63,364 bases of DNA, filler included, from Circinaria calcarea (GCA_051942165.1; 55 parts of 55 records of this genome joined end to end with filler, not necessarily neighbours in it); one strand, 5' to 3'. Positions 12,128-25,844 are shown, counted from the first letter of the whole stretch. Program-made: numbers and translations. Notes: generated from the sequence alone by a model not told the origin.

Positions 12128-12451
12128 TAGCTTAACAGGGGCCTTGGCAAGCGTCCCAATCTACCCTGGTCACATACATTTTGCTCCCAGTCGGAAGCTT
12201 CCCATAAAATTAATTTCGAGAAGTCACTTCAGAGAGAGCAGCAGGAGCTAGCACATGACCGTTGGCACTAGTATACTACTCTAAATAACAACGTCTACGG
12301 AGTAAAGACAGCAACGAATTCCAATAAGCCCGGATAGCGCTAGATCAACAGGCCGTACTTACTCCCTACCGCCAACATCGACCCACCACCCCCTTTGACT
12401 TTGCCAAAAAAACTACCGCCCTACCCTGGATTTGAAGACTTCACCCACCCC

Positions 12452-12700
12452 ATGGGCCTCTTCTCCTCCTCCTCTCCGCCTCCTCCCTCCCACAACCACA
12501 CCTCCCCTAAAGCTTCGCCCGACGGCGCCTTCGAAGCGCCCAACCGCAGCGCCCGCAGCGCCTGCTGGAAAACTCGGGACGCATTCTTCGCCTGCCTGGA
12601 CCGGAACGGCATCATCGACAGCATCCGGAACGAGGAGGCGGCGAAGAAGTGCTGCGGGGAGGAGCTGAAGGGATTGGAGAGGGAGTGTGCCAGCAGTTGG
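12452..12700 (+). CDS. COA6: Cytochrome c oxidase assembly factor Coa6, exon 1
   Basis: PNRSARSACWKTRDAFFACLD..C..ECASSW then GTACGT donor. Confidence 0.85.
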
Positions 12701-12830
12701 GTACGTGATTTANNNNNNNNNNNNNNNNNNNNNNNNNNNNNNNNNNNNNNNNNNNNTTAATTAATTAANNNNNNNNNNNNNNNNNNNNNNNNNNNNNNNN
12801 NNNNNNNNNNNNAAAACTCACTGTCCCAAA

Positions 12831-13873
12831 ATGCCTCCACCCCCCAACCTCCCCGATGTCAACCACAGCTATGCCCTCCCCGTCCCAGGAACCGGCACCG
12901 GTCTCTTCGCAAGCCACGATATCGCCCCCGGCGACCTTGTCATCCGCGTCGCCTGGCCTTTGTTGGCTGTGCCCGACTCCCCGCATTTGACCGATACCTG
13001 CTCCAATTGCTTCGTGTGTGCGACGGAGAATGAGGAAGAGGAAGAAGTGAAGTTGAGGAAGTGTGGGGGATGTGGGGTGGTCAGGTTTTGCGGTGAGGTT
13101 GGTGGGTTTCCTATTCTGTTTTGGGGCGGGAGAAAAGTACATATATCGATGCCCGATTTCTCGCCATCGATATGAGAGTTCGAGATGTTTTTTCGTGGCC
13201 TTGTTTCAAAACGGTACTTTGGTCCAGTTTATGTATAAATATCGGACTTGATTTCCAACTCCATAGTTCCTGTCTCTGTAGTATCAGTACAAACGATGTT
13301 AAGACTCTGACAAGAGAATCGAGACCGTATGCTCTTGAACATCCTGTCCTGCATTGATTCCTATCTCGCATCTCATTTCCCCCAAGTCCACCCACCAATT
13401 CTCTACCACCAGCCAACCTTTCTCCCAAAGGCCAAAACGCATAAACTGACAACAGCAAAACCCCCTAGACCTGCCAAACCCAAGCATGGCGCCACCACCA
13501 CAAATACGAATGCAAAATCTTCCGGCGCCTCTACCCCAACCTCCTCCCCAACACCGTCCGCATGGCCCTGCAGCTTCTCCTCCGCCGAAAAGCCAATGCT
13601 CTCCCGGCCCCGGACTGGGAATCCTTCCTCAAACTGCAACCCCATCTCGATGACTTCCGAACCGGCCCAAACACCCAGGATACCTTTCAAAATATCCAAC
13701 TCATGGCCAGAGCCGCCAAGGAGTACTCCGGTACCCAGGAGCCACTAGGTCTTGTTGAAACTCTCATCGGCCGCGTGAGTTTCCTCTTCTCACCCCCCTT
13801 CAACGTCACCAGTAACTGAACCCTCCTTCCCCTTCCCCGCCCACCAGATCCTAATCAACACTCAAACCCTCAC
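12831..13873 (+). CDS. SET and MYND domain (SMYD-like) methyltransferase, 3' partial
   Basis: GTGLFASHDIAPGD; CSNC..CGGC..FC|intron|TCQTQAWRHHHKYEC. Confidence 0.9.
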
Positions 13874-13973
13874 NNNNNNNNNNNNNNNNNNNNNNNNNNN
13901 NNNNNNNNNNNNNNNNNTTAATTAATTAANNNNNNNNNNNNNNNNNNNNNNNNNNNNNNNNNNNNNNNNNNNN

Positions 13974-14364
13974 CCCCCTTTTAGCCTGCGCAACCCCCAT
14001 GTCCTCCCCTGCCTTCGGCGTAGCCCAATATTTCAACGCCAACCCGGGCCCCCTCACCAGGACGGTCTACGACCCCTCGACCCCCGAAGGCAGCTCCCCT
14101 GTCGCCTGCTGCAACAAGTGCTTCTTCGGCGAGGCCAACTGCGTGCAGGCGCTCTTCCACGCGCCCGACGCCTTCGTCATCGTGCCGCCCATGGGCTGCA
14201 TCGTCTCGACGGCGCCCGAGGCCGCCGGCGACGGCTTGACGGTGCAGGCGCACGTGAGCGAATCCTGTCCCGCCGGCGTCATCGACGGTCTCTATTACAC
14301 GCCTACGGACGGACGGGAGGTTTATATCGCCGGGCCGTGTGGGTATTTGTACAGGAATCTGTGA
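13974..14364 (+). CDS. Cys-rich hypothetical protein, C-terminal part
   Basis: GC-rich coding-like ORF with CCNKC..NCVQ..GC..C..GPC. Confidence 0.55.
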
Positions 14365-16294
14365 GATGGAGAGGGAACCGAGGATCCGGGGAGGTGGGGA
14401 AGGGATGGGGGGAGGAAATCCGGCGCCCCGGCTGATTTTATGGCTTTTTGAAAATGGAACAACTGTTTGTCGGCGAACTTTTTCTTCTCCTCCTGCACCA
14501 ACCTGAATTTTTTATTTCCTTTGATATCCGCTCCCAATTTTTGGAGAAAGGAGGGGGGAGCGCTAAAAGGCCCCGGTCACCAGGTTGGAAGGCAAAAACA
14601 TGCCTTTGGTGTTTTATTTTCCGGTTAGAGTGGAGGGAGAGTTTAGTTGGGTTTTTTTCTTTTCCCCCCAAAATCAAAAATCCCACCCAAATATCTCCTG
14701 AAATTTTTTTTTCTTCTTCCAAAATTCGGGGGAAGCCAGGTGAATCAAATCCAAACCATCACCTTTTTATATTTATTCCTTCCCCTTCCCCTCCTGTTTT
14801 TTTCTGGAGAAGGACGGAAGGACGGAAGGACGGAAGGAAGGAAGGAAGGACAGAAGGAGGAGTTTTTCGGGCAATCAATAAGATTTTTTATCAGAAAATA
14901 ACCTACTCTACACATACACGATATATACATACATCTATCTAATCTACCTACCTTGGCGAAAACTATACAGAGTTACCAACCCCCCCCTCCAGTTTGTGCG
15001 AAATACGACCGGTTCGGTTCGGTTCGGTTCAGCTNNNNNNNNNNNNNNNNNNNNNNNNNNNNNNNNNNNNNNNNNNNNTTAATTAATTAANNNNNNNNNN
15101 NNNNNNNNNNNNNNNNNNNNNNNNNNNNNNNNNNCAGACTGGTCGAGTCGCGGAAGCATCGGAGGACACGTACCTCAGCCTATTCGACGCGATGGCTCAG
15201 AGACGAGGGCTCATGGACTAGGCTCCACGGCTTGGTCGTCACAAGCCATAACGAGACGTGCTGCTGGTCGTACGCGGATTGAGCACCGTCCGGTCCAATC
15301 TGGCGAAGTTAAGATTCTCCTTAGCAAACCAACGAGCCTGCTCGGGAAGCCAGCACAAACTGCCTTGTCATTGCAGCACTGTTCGCTCTTCAGTGCAAGG
15401 CCAACAGATGATACAGCGGCGTGCAAGTTGTATTGGTCCGCAAGTGGTAGAGAGCGAACAGGAGCGAGAGGGCAAGGCAGAACATCGAGATGAAGGTCTC
15501 CTTACAGACCAAGCAAAACGAAGATTGCTGACCTACACATCGGAGGTCGAATCATGGTCCCCCCAGGCGGAATCGTGCGCTGCGTTGCCAATGCCTGCGG
15601 TTTTGGATTGAGGGGAATGGCGAGTCCAAAGCCCTCTTTCCCGTCTCAGCCATACTACCTTTGTTGTACTGGTGGCGGACCAGGAATTGCCGAAGCATGC
15701 GTGGTTTGAACTTACTCTGAGACAATCGCCGATTCTGAAGGTGGCACCATGCTGGAGATGGTTCTTATAGAAGCATCACTTAGTCCACCAGCACTGCCAG
15801 CGCCTTCGAGCCAATTGGCCCCGTTCATGCTGGCATATAATTCAATGGCTGGCAATGAAATTCTCCAAAGCTGGCCGCGAGTCATGCGGCAAAGAGACTG
15901 CAAAAGAGTTTGTTGCAGAGACAAGAACCATCTCTACTTGAGATGGTATTAAGAAGTGTGATATGACCTTGAGCATGCGCCAACACCCTCTGATGAATGA
16001 AGCCAGAAGTCCAATGATCGTCTCATGCCTGCCTTGCTGCAATTGAGGCCACAACTGCCCAATACTCTTATCCGAGACAGGAGGTGTGCCACTAGCAAGG
16101 GACTTGCAGACATTCAAGGGGATCTATTCAGCATGGTCCGTTATCTGAAACCTCTCTGTGCGCGATGTGCGCCACATCGCGCACAGAGAGGTTTNNNNNN
16201 NNNNNNNNNNNNNNNNNNNNNNNNNNNNNNNNNNNNNNTTAATTAATTAANNNNNNNNNNNNNNNNNNNNNNNNNNNNNNNNNNNNNNNNNNNN

Positions 16295-16423
16295 GTCGTC
16301 TTCGCGCCGACCATTATGCGGCCCGAGAGTATCGCAAGAGAAATGAGCGACACGCAAGCCAAGAACCAAGCCGTGCAGTTTTTGATTGAAAACTGCCACA
16401 GTGTCTTCCTCGGGGAGGAATAA
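16295..16423 (+). CDS. RhoGAP (Rga1/2-like) C-terminus
   Basis: Manual translation VVFAPTIMRPESIAREMSDTQAKNQAVQFLIENCHSVF*. Confidence 0.8.
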   Translation, partial: VVFAPTIMRPESIAREMSDTQAKNQAVQFLIENCHSVFLGEE

Positions 16424-16806
16424 GTCCGCCAAACATAAGGAATACGATTGCATATCAGCGGTGCGTTTCGTTTTTGCGAATCATTGCAGTGGCGTCTACT
16501 GATGACTTTTGGGGATCCCTGGAGCGAGCTGGATATCTCGACCGTCAGACCCTGGCGTTTTCAAGGCGAGCGAGCGGAGCGACTGCATAGATTTGGGGTT
16601 TAGTATTTGCTTACGAATAGCGTCTCCTTGAGTGTACCGGTTCTCTTTGGGAATGATACCTACTAGCCCTATGTTCGCTTCTAGCCTCTTTAGGTCGCGG
16701 CCGTCCCTGGATTTTTGCCTTTGAGCACCGGTTCTGGTCAACGGGTTGCTGGTTGAGCGTAGGGATTGCAAACGGGAGTGGCTGTCGCTTCTAAGGGGGG
16801 AGGCCG

Positions 16807-16837
<31 letters not shown>

Positions 16838-17524
16838 TGGGCTCCAGTGGTTAGAATTGGAAATCTAACGGTTTTCCCCCCAAGTTCCAAAGTTTTCCCC
16901 GAATTCCCAAATCTCGACGAGGAGGAGCACGAGGAGAGGGGGGTCTGTCCTGTACTTGTATTTGTCCTGTACTTGTACTGAACTTGTACTTGTACTTGTA
17001 GTACCTAGATGAAATCACATCTGGAGTGGAGAGACAAATGACAATTCAAATACAGATTACAAATTACAAATTACAATAACTCCCTCTGCCGTCTGTCTGT
17101 GTGTGTGTATGTGTGTATGTGTATATGTGTGTGTGTGTATGTATGTGTATGTGTATGCAAAACCCGTTCTGTTCGCCCTTTTCGGATTGTTAAATTGTCA
17201 AATTGTCAAATTGTCAATTGTGAAATTAATTAACTCCCTCCCTCCCATGCTGTATTGTAACTTCTGTTTGCTTCGGTAGCTTCTGTAAGGAAGCCCGGCC
17301 CGGCCCGGCCTTTTCTTGGGGGGATAATTTATGGAGGTGGAGGTGGAGGTAAAGNNNNNNNNNNNNNNNNNNNNNNNNNNNNNNNNNNNNNNNNNNNNTT
17401 AATTAATTAANNNNNNNNNNNNNNNNNNNNNNNNNNNNNNNNNNNNNNNNNNNNAGTTTCCCGACGAGTTTCTGGTTCCGACTACTGCTGTGCTCCCACG
17501 TTGCTGGTTTCGGGATGTCACTGC

Positions 17525-18466
17525 TTAGCTGCACTTGCCCTCTCCAGCATGTGAGTTCATTAACAAAGCAACAATGAGCCCATAGAGACCTAGAAAAAGT
17601 TTCGTCAGCTTAGGTTTCCGCCGTGGCGATAGACAGAGACTCACCCAATACTTCGGCAAAAATAAGGATCAAGATCATGCCGACGAACAATCTGGGTTGC
17701 TGTGCAGTACCTCGGACGCCAGCATCGCCAACAATACCGATCGCGAAGCTATAGGTGAAGTGTCAGTAAAGTTTACGTAATCGAGGAATGTCCCATCGGA
17801 GAATGTCTCCACGAATGGAAGGACCTACCCAGCAGCGAGACCAGCGAGACCAACGCTCAAACCAGCTCCAAGTTGGATGAATGAGGCATATAGTGACAAG
17901 TCTTGCTTTAAGCCATCTGAGATCAAGACGGAAACGACCAATCCGTAGATACCGATGATACCAGCCATGATAACGGGGACAATGTCTGATCACACCATTA
18001 GCATGGTTTTTTCGGAGTGTTCAGGATTTGGATGGTAAGGCGCACTCTTGACAATCAAATCCGGTCTTAGGACACCCATAGCTGAGATACCAACTCCAGA
18101 CTTAGCCGTCCCGTACGCGGCACCGAAGCAGGTGAAGACGATCGCGGACGTGCAGCCCATTGCCCCAAAGAATGGCTATGGAAAGCGTTAGTTGAATTCT
18201 AATCTATGTAGGGGTTGATGTTGTATTTGTATATCGCCGCGCCACGCCTCTACCGCGTCGGCAGAAGTATAACGGCTGTGGAGATAGGAATACGGGGTAC
18301 TAACGGCATACACGGGACTATTCATAAAGATCATTAGCAGTTCATTCTAAAAATTTATTCTCAAGGCAATACAGGAGCCGAGGTCGATGGGAAGCTTCGA
18401 ACTTCGTGCGATATGGCCAGATCAAGCATATGGGATGATTACCACCTACCATAAATCTGTAGCCAT
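17525..18466 (-). CDS. VMA3: V-ATPase 16 kDa proteolipid subunit c, complete multi-exon gene
   Basis: [55 protein letters not shown]; missed by the ORF track because of introns. Confidence 0.95.
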
Positions 18467-18614
18467 CTTGAAGAATGTGTAATGCTAGCCTAAGGCTGAG
18501 GAGACGGCTGTCGTNNNNNNNNNNNNNNNNNNNNNNNNNNNNNNNNNNNNNNNNNNNNTTAATTAATTAANNNNNNNNNNNNNNNNNNNNNNNNNNNNNN
18601 NNNNNNNNNNNNNN

Positions 18615-18903
18615 TTGGCTGCATCCCGACCCTGACAATGTCCCCGACCCGTATGTCATGTTCACCAATCTCGTTACCGACAGCATGGTCTCTTTCTAAC
18701 TCCAAAACAGTTTTTCCCCCAAGACCGGTGCGTTGGGAACTGACGACTAGGTTGACTATTGCAAGGCCAGCACGAGCAAGAGTGACGGCTGAGGTAGAGG
18801 CTAGCAGAGTGGTAATAGAGGCAGTCTCAGCGGCAAGCTCCGCAGACAAGAGGCCGAGCTGAGAAGTAGCGAAAGCAGAAATGTCGACCGGCAGCGGGAT
18901 CAT
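18615..18903 (-). CDS. HCS1: Hcs1/SMUBP-2-like DNA helicase, N-terminus
   Basis: SSQRTGLGGKTVLEL..EHDIRVGDIVRV. Confidence 0.8.
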
Positions 18904-19370
18904 TGCAGAAAATATATCCGACCTGGAGCTTCGTTCAATTACCCCTATCCATAGGTCATGAAAGTAGATAGATTTACGATTCGTGAGTTCTTGCAAATGC
19001 TTCTAAAAGGGCACTGGATATTAAGTAATATTTGAAGTCCGGCGTGTAGATAGTTAATCAGTTCTCGAGCATTACAAGATCATATCAACAATGAAAAGTC
19101 TATCGATTATTCAACCAAACATGTACGAGTTAATCCATGGCTCCACTTGAGATTGACGGGGTGATTTCGAAAGCATCTTCTTTGTAGATTCATGTGTCAT
19201 TGACTAGCTACGAGTTGCCATACCATGTCCCAATCATGTGACAAGGGGAGAGAAATCGTACAAAGCAACGAATTACGGACCAACAGAGGGTTGCTATACT
19301 ACCATTTAGCTAACGCCCCAGGAAGATTCCTCCGAAACCATAAACAAAAATCCCTCTACAAGCGACCCTC

Positions 19371-19674
19371 TTATAATTCCGACTTCGGCGCCTGCTTCAG
19401 CTCCTCCAGTATCGCACTCTCCAGGGCCTCTGGCTTCGTCATGCTACTCCACCGCATCTTCACCTGCCCCTCTGGCCCTATCAAGAACTTTTCAAAATTC
19501 CACTTTATCCGTTTCAATCCTAGAGCACCTGGCCTCTCCTTCTTCATCCACTCGAACACAGGTTCTGCCTTATCGCCGTTGACGTCCGTTTTCTTCAGTA
19601 TCGGAAAGCTGACCCCATAATTCACCTGGCAGAATTCCTGTATTGTATCATCGCTGCCGGGATCCTGATTGCCG
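19371..19674 (-). CDS. HYR1: Glutathione peroxidase (Hyr1/Gpx3-like), C-terminus
   Basis: FCQVNYGVSFPI..IKWNFEKFLIG. Confidence 0.93.
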
Positions 19675-20934
19675 NNNNNNNNNNNNNNNNNNNNNNNNNN
19701 NNNNNNNNNNNNNNNNNNTTAATTAATTAANNNNNNNNNNNNNNNNNNNNNNNNNNNNNNNNNNNNNNNNNNNNCCTTTCGTCATTCAATACAACCATAC
19801 ATCCACTCGATTATCCTACATCAGCATAGCAATCAGCATTGAATCTCATCAACATTCAGGATAACCACCCTCTTCGCACCAACACAACACTCCATCTTGA
19901 CTTTCACTAACCGACAAACTAATTACTTCTTCACTCTGCACTAACACTAACATGTCAATTATCATCTCATTCCTCTATCACTCGAATGTGGGCAGCCACA
20001 GCAGTTACGACCTAACATCTACCGGTTTTGGGCAAGTCCTTCGACTTTCGACCTAACGGATTTGGCTTTGGGCAATTGCTGTGTCTTCGACCTGTCGGGT
20101 ATAGTGGGCCTTGGGATGTAGTACCTGGTGGACGGAATTCTGAGGTGATTTTTTTTAGAAGAAGCGTGGATCGGTGGATTTTGGCAACTGGTATTGGTAA
20201 AGGAAGGGTGGAATAAACTTGAGGGGAATTGGGAACAAATGCGGAATGGGTGTTGGTAATATGGAAGGTAAATTGTTTGTACTTTGTGGTCATGGGGACT
20301 TGCGTTAACTGTGTAGGAAGCGAGGAAGCTGCTTCTTCTTCTTCTTCTTCTTCTTCTTTTGTTGATACGGGGATTGGGAACACTATGGCCCTCGGGGACT
20401 TTTCATGTACGCAAAAGTAAACACTAGGGATCCTGTAATCAGCTTTTCATTGGGATAATTCTTCTTTTCCACGACCAAATGCATGCCATGCCATGGGATG
20501 ATGTGACTGTGATATGATTGTACTTTCGCTGTAGAATACTCCTCTGGAACCAAATCTTAACGTGACAGGGGTTATTATCTTATTTGCTTCTGTGAGATAA
20601 AGTAGTGGATTAGACCCCATACTAGTGCTAGAAAAAAAAGACCTGTCGATCCTGTCGTTCTTTTCCTGGAGTAGATAGAATCCCGTCAGGTAAACCGCAA
20701 GCAAGCAAGCGAGAAAATTTTGCATTTTCGGAGAACTATATATATACCTAGTGGAAACTAAGACCCGTCGCCCCCAATTCCCAAGTGCCTATTCTATATT
20801 CCCTACCCACTATCTACCTCCCTTCCTCTTTTACNNNNNNNNNNNNNNNNNNNNNNNNNNNNNNNNNNNNNNNNNNNNTTAATTAATTAANNNNNNNNNN
20901 NNNNNNNNNNNNNNNNNNNNNNNNNNNNNNNNNN

Positions 20935-21994
20935 TAGACGAGATCCTCGCTGGTGAGGACACCGAGACCTCTCCAGACGTGTGGAAGGCCGAACTTGCGG
21001 ACAGAATCGAAGAGGTATTGGATCGGAAGCGGAGCAGTATACAGGGACGAGAGGCGACGCTAGCAGGATACATACGAATTCTAACCAGTCGATATGCTGA
21101 AGAAGGGATACGTGGCAAGGAGACGGAGCTGGTGGCATCATTCTTGAAGAGCGTCAAGTTGGAGACAAGCGAGAAGGAGGCAATTCTAGCTATCAAGGGT
21201 ATGTGCTCGTGTCTAAAAGTACAAGTGGTCTTGGTACTAATAACTCGTCTTCTAGCTTTGGCCATGACTCTCATCACTTCCCCTTCAGAGGTCATTTACG
21301 AAGCTGCATCTTCCCCTCTCAAACGTACAGTCTCCAATTCGTCGTCCATCGCCACAAAGACCGCTGCCATTCATACCCTTGGCACTTGCACCTTTTACGG
21401 GGGAGCTTCAGACGACGAGATCCTTGAGAATATGGCATATTTGCTTGAAATCATTTCATCGGATGGTCACTTTATCGACGCCGGCGATCAAGCCGGGCCT
21501 GTGACCGCAGCACTTGAAGAATGGGGATTTCTCGCTACTCTAATTGAAGATCTCTCTGCTGAATCCGAAGAAGCTATCGAAACCTTCATGGACCAGCTTT
21601 CGTCAAGTGATCCCGATGTCCTGATTGCAGCAGGCGAAAACATTGCTCTCCTCTACGAGAAATCATACACACCACCCGAAGACAACGAAACCTTTTCCGA
21701 CAGTGACGAAGATCTGGTGACTGACCCGGACTCGGGCCCCAGTATTCCCAAGCTCGTGAAGCGTTATACCCCATATCGCCGAACCGATCAACTTCTCTAC
21801 TCGCTTTCCTCTCTAGCTTCCCTCTCCACGCGCTCCATTTCTAAAAAGGACAAGAAATCCCTGCACACCAACTTCGCCGACATCCTCAATAGCGTCGAAA
21901 ACCCGACCCGCGGGCCCCGATACCAGAACGCCATCAACTCCGAAACCGGCCGACGATACGGTAGCCGTATGAACGTTCGGATTCGAGGCGAAGG
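20935..21994 (+). CDS. IFRD (interferon-related developmental regulator) domain protein, partial
   Basis: ALEEWGFLAT..LSSSDPDVLIAAGENIALLYE; in-frame intron about 21199-21255. Confidence 0.85.
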
Positions 21995-22095
21995 NNNNNN
22001 NNNNNNNNNNNNNNNNNNNNNNNNNNNNNNNNNNNNNNTTAATTAATTAANNNNNNNNNNNNNNNNNNNNNNNNNNNNNNNNNNNNNNNNNNNNG

Positions 22096-22632
22096 GAACG
22101 GGGTGGCACACAAACTTGGTGGCAACTTCAACCGCCGAAAGCTCCTCCCGAAATGACCTACAAGTGTGATGCAAGTCTAGGCAGGCCTCCTGTGGTCGAT
22201 TGCACTCAGATAGAGTGGAATCAGCTGAGCCCTCCATCTGATACGCTGAGTGTGGGAGGACCGGGAGTTACCTTTCTCCATTCGAATAGTTGCTATCTTG
22301 CTATCTCGGTCACGGCAGTTCTCGTCCTCACCTGGGAGCAAATACGGACGGCGGTAGCCACACTAATGAACATCTGCATCAACACTCCATATAAAGGGCC
22401 GCAAGGAGGAAGTGCGTATTGGACGCCTCCGGCGAAAGCGATTGGCAGGACGAATAAGAGGAGGAGAAGACCAGGCTATGATCTTACGGGACTCAACGCC
22501 CTTCCACCGCATGTGAATATCACAATCTTTGAGCAGAGAGAAGCCTGGAAGAACCCAATCGACGAGCTCAAGACCTGCACTTGGCAGGCGGTGGCTCATG
22601 GAAGTCCTATCGAGAGTTGTATCCCTGCATAA
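22096..22632 (+). CDS. Uncharacterised Cys-patterned protein, C-terminal part (homologue at 60049)
   Basis: Open frame; strong similarity to 60049-60568. Confidence 0.8.
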   Translation, partial: ERGGTQTWWQLQPPKAPPEMTYKCDASLGRPPVVDCTQIEWNQLSPPSDTLSVGGPGVTFLHSNSCYLAISVTAVLVLTWEQIRTAVATLMNICINTPYKGPQGGSAYWTPPAKAIGRTNKRRRRPGYDLTGLNALPPHVNITIFEQREAWKNPIDELKTCTWQAVAHGSPIESCIPA

Positions 22633-22966
22633 GGCTCTATAGAGAAGATGCAGATTATGAAACTTGTAGTCGAACCAGACCTGCCTGACGTGTAATTTAT
22701 GCCACAATGTTTCCTACCATTGAGGGTAGTCTATATATGCCCCAATTAAAAGCATCAAAGCTGATACTCGCCCCACCAGCCTAAGTTCTTATGGTTGCAT
22801 ATTGTAGAGTGAGCTGAAATGGCCCCTGTCTTCCTCAACCAACTATACGGGCAGTAAAGACTAGTGGGACCGTCGCTCCCGACTACATTTTATTAAATTC
22901 CGGCAAGGCGCAGGCGCATTCCGGCAAGGTGCCACGCGGTTGACAGAATTCTCGGCACACCAAAAC

Positions 22967-23153
22967 TCCGCCCCACCTAATTTCTACGCAACACCACGAC
23001 TTTTCTCCACTACAACACATACAATTTCTATGCAAAATGTCGGGGAAACGTCGAGTCACCTCTCCTATTCTTGGAATCATAAATTAAATCACGAATTTCC
23101 TACACCTACTAAGTAAATGTATGTGGTGTTGCGTAGAATATAGGTGGGGCGGA
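22967..23153. mobile_element. Inverted-repeat element (MITE-like), truncated by contig end
   Basis: 31-bp near-perfect inverted repeat at 22967-22997 and 23123-23153. Confidence 0.65.
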
Positions 23154-24415
23154 NNNNNNNNNNNNNNNNNNNNNNNNNNNNNNNNNNNNNNNNNNNNTTA
23201 ATTAATTAANNNNNNNNNNNNNNNNNNNNNNNNNNNNNNNNNNNNNNNNNNNNATATAATCCGTTTTTATTATTTTTTATTAAGACCCGGGAGTATTTAA
23301 AAATACTCCGGCCCCAAAGATTACTCCGCCCCGGTTTTTTTTTTAATATAATATAACGTGGCGTTATAATAAATTTTTTTTTATTCTTCGTTTCAGGGCA
23401 TTTTTTTTATTCCGGGGGGGTTTTTTTTTAATTTAGTATATATTATGGTGCTGGCGTTATAATAGCACGCCGTAAAAATCACGCCGATAATTTTTTCCTA
23501 TTACTATTCAATCCAATTCGTTTTATACTTAACTTTCTATTAATTTACGATTCGGGTAATTTAATTGCGATATTACGTGCAGCAAAGTTAGATTTTAACT
23601 AGATATAAACGTTTTACGAGTTTTCCTTTCCGTTACCTAATGCCTTCCAAAGAGCCATATCCTTATATATAGTACTTATAGTTCCTATAATCATTTCCCC
23701 TTTTCCCAAATCGAAGTTATCCAGTAGGGTGGTTGGTTAATAGTCGTATCTTAATGTGCTCTAGCCTTTAATAACTTACATAGTCGTACTATTTCGTTCC
23801 TTTTTTGCTATATAATACATTATATAGCTGCAGCATGGAAACGCAAGTCCAATTTCCTATAAAGGATATATATATATGTTAATGGAGATTTGCCTTTCCG
23901 CGCACCATAACCCAACCCTACCCGATCCAATCCACGACCTCACCCTCAGATTCCCTTCGGCATATAATAATTATTCTGATACCCAAACAGATATCGTCCT
24001 CCAACCTAATCCCTCCGGCACTAATTAGACCTATTTTCTAAGCCTCTTGACTCCAACCCCTCCCCCGGACAACGACTATACCAACAGTCGTGGTTTAGAC
24101 TCATATTCCCTCGCGCATCAAGAAATATAATCCAAGCCCACACTTGTTGAATCCTGCCGAACCCGAAAATCCGTTAAGTAGAGATTGGATGGCTTTCTCC
24201 CAAGGGCGTGAAGGGAAGGGGATAGGAGGGAAAAGAGGACGGCGGTAGGGAAGGGCTAGTTCTTTTATAGCTGAGAAGGAAAAGGAGGGTGGTCAATAAA
24301 TGGGAAAAGGGNNNNNNNNNNNNNNNNNNNNNNNNNNNNNNNNNNNNNNNNNNNNTTAATTAATTAANNNNNNNNNNNNNNNNNNNNNNNNNNNNNNNNN
24401 NNNNNNNNNNNAGAC

Positions 24416-24682
24416 CTGCCATTTCAAGCAGCTGGGATTGAATGACGGCTCCCCCCGCCTAGCTGCCTGCTCTGTCGTGAAGATGTATAGAGTGTGCTGG
24501 TGCCGGTTTTGCGCGGTGCGGACGGGGAGCTCGTTGGCGGGTAGGGTCTGCAAGGGGAATTTGTCGAAGAGGCGCTTTATGGGCTTGGGGGTTGTGAACC
24601 ATTGGTTTCCGAGTTTGATGGCTGGGGGTTTTGTGGCCGGTGACTCTTGCTTGGTAGTGGCGGCATCATCTTCCGGCATCAT
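24416..24682 (-). CDS. SAM35: Mitochondrial outer membrane Sam35/metaxin-like protein, exon 1
   Basis: PIKRLFDKFPLQTLP..LYIF..PSFNPSCLKWQ then GT donor. Confidence 0.8.
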
Positions 24683-25227
24683 TTGTGGAAATCCATGCTT
24701 GTGGAGCTTTTTGCTGGGAGACGTGATGGATAAAAATCTCCAGCCCTACAATGCATCTTTTCGGGAGTTTTGTCGGCCCGTAAAAATAGATTAGCAGTAC
24801 CCCTATCGCGCAGGTCTGAGGTAACCAACCTCATTTTTTGGAGCTGGGGATTGACGACCAGCACTTTGTACTAACGTACTTGAATACTACTTAACAACTA
24901 TAACCGCTTTGTAAAGGTATGATTGTGGGGAATATGTGAAAGACTATGGCTTTTCTCTCTCCGCTGTGGAAGACCATGTGCATCGCACAAAAGTCTATAA
25001 TGGTAGCGTCCGTCATGAATCATGATATCCGCGGTTGCTGCTCTTCTTAAAACCTTCTCTTGACCCCTATTAGGTTTCTATTCATTTGTCTCTCAATACT
25101 CCTTATTCTTAAAAAAAGATATTTCGCTCCAATACACATCTCTCACCGAACATTCTTAGTCAGGAACATTTCCTGTTTCTTTCAAGCTCTATCGACTATT
25201 TGGGGAGTTAGTCTATCATTCTGCAAG

Positions 25228-25469
25228 ATGAGCAACGCAATTGTTGCGATTGTCACAGGAGCAGTGAGCAGTGCTTTTGTCCGAAGACGCGGGTAGTAGT
25301 TGAATATACTGAAGATATGCAGAACCGAGGTATCGGTGAGGCCATCTGCCACACACTGGCAACTAGCATCCAAGAACCCCTTGTCCTCTACGCCACTTCT
25401 AGGAAAGGGGTTGACTTGGGGATCAAATCTTCGTCGACTAGTGTTCAAATCAGATATCCAAAATTGGAT
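25228..25469 (+). CDS. Carbonyl reductase-like SDR, N-terminus
   Basis: VAIVTGA|intron|NRGIGEAIC..LYATSRKG. Confidence 0.85.
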
Positions 25470-25569
25470 NNNNNNNNNNNNNNNNNNNNNNNNNNNNNNN
25501 NNNNNNNNNNNNNTTAATTAATTAANNNNNNNNNNNNNNNNNNNNNNNNNNNNNNNNNNNNNNNNNNNN

Positions 25570-25844
25570 ACATGAGCCTGCTGACCGAGGGTACGAGCGC
25601 CAGTGAAAGACGAAGGCGGCAAGATCTCAAGAAAGCAATCATCAGTCTGCTCGACGAAATGACGCGCCACGGCGGAGCGGCCAGATATGCAGAGGTGTAC
25701 AAGAGAATTAACGAGCAAGGGAGCGCGCAAGTGGAAGCGACGGAGTTTTCGGATGCTTTAAGGTCATTGGAACAGGAAGGGCAGGTTTCCGTCAGCGGTG
25801 AAGGGCCAAGGAGAAACATCAGACGAATCAGCGGAACTGCGTAA
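25570..25844 (+). CDS. MCM4: MCM4 replication licensing factor, C-terminus
   Basis: DMSLLTEGTSASERRR..DALRSLEQEG..GEGPRRNIRR. Confidence 0.85.

Noticed and set aside
15135..16194. Coding-like contig with short ORFs
   Set aside because: No frame gives a recognisable protein, so no call can be supported
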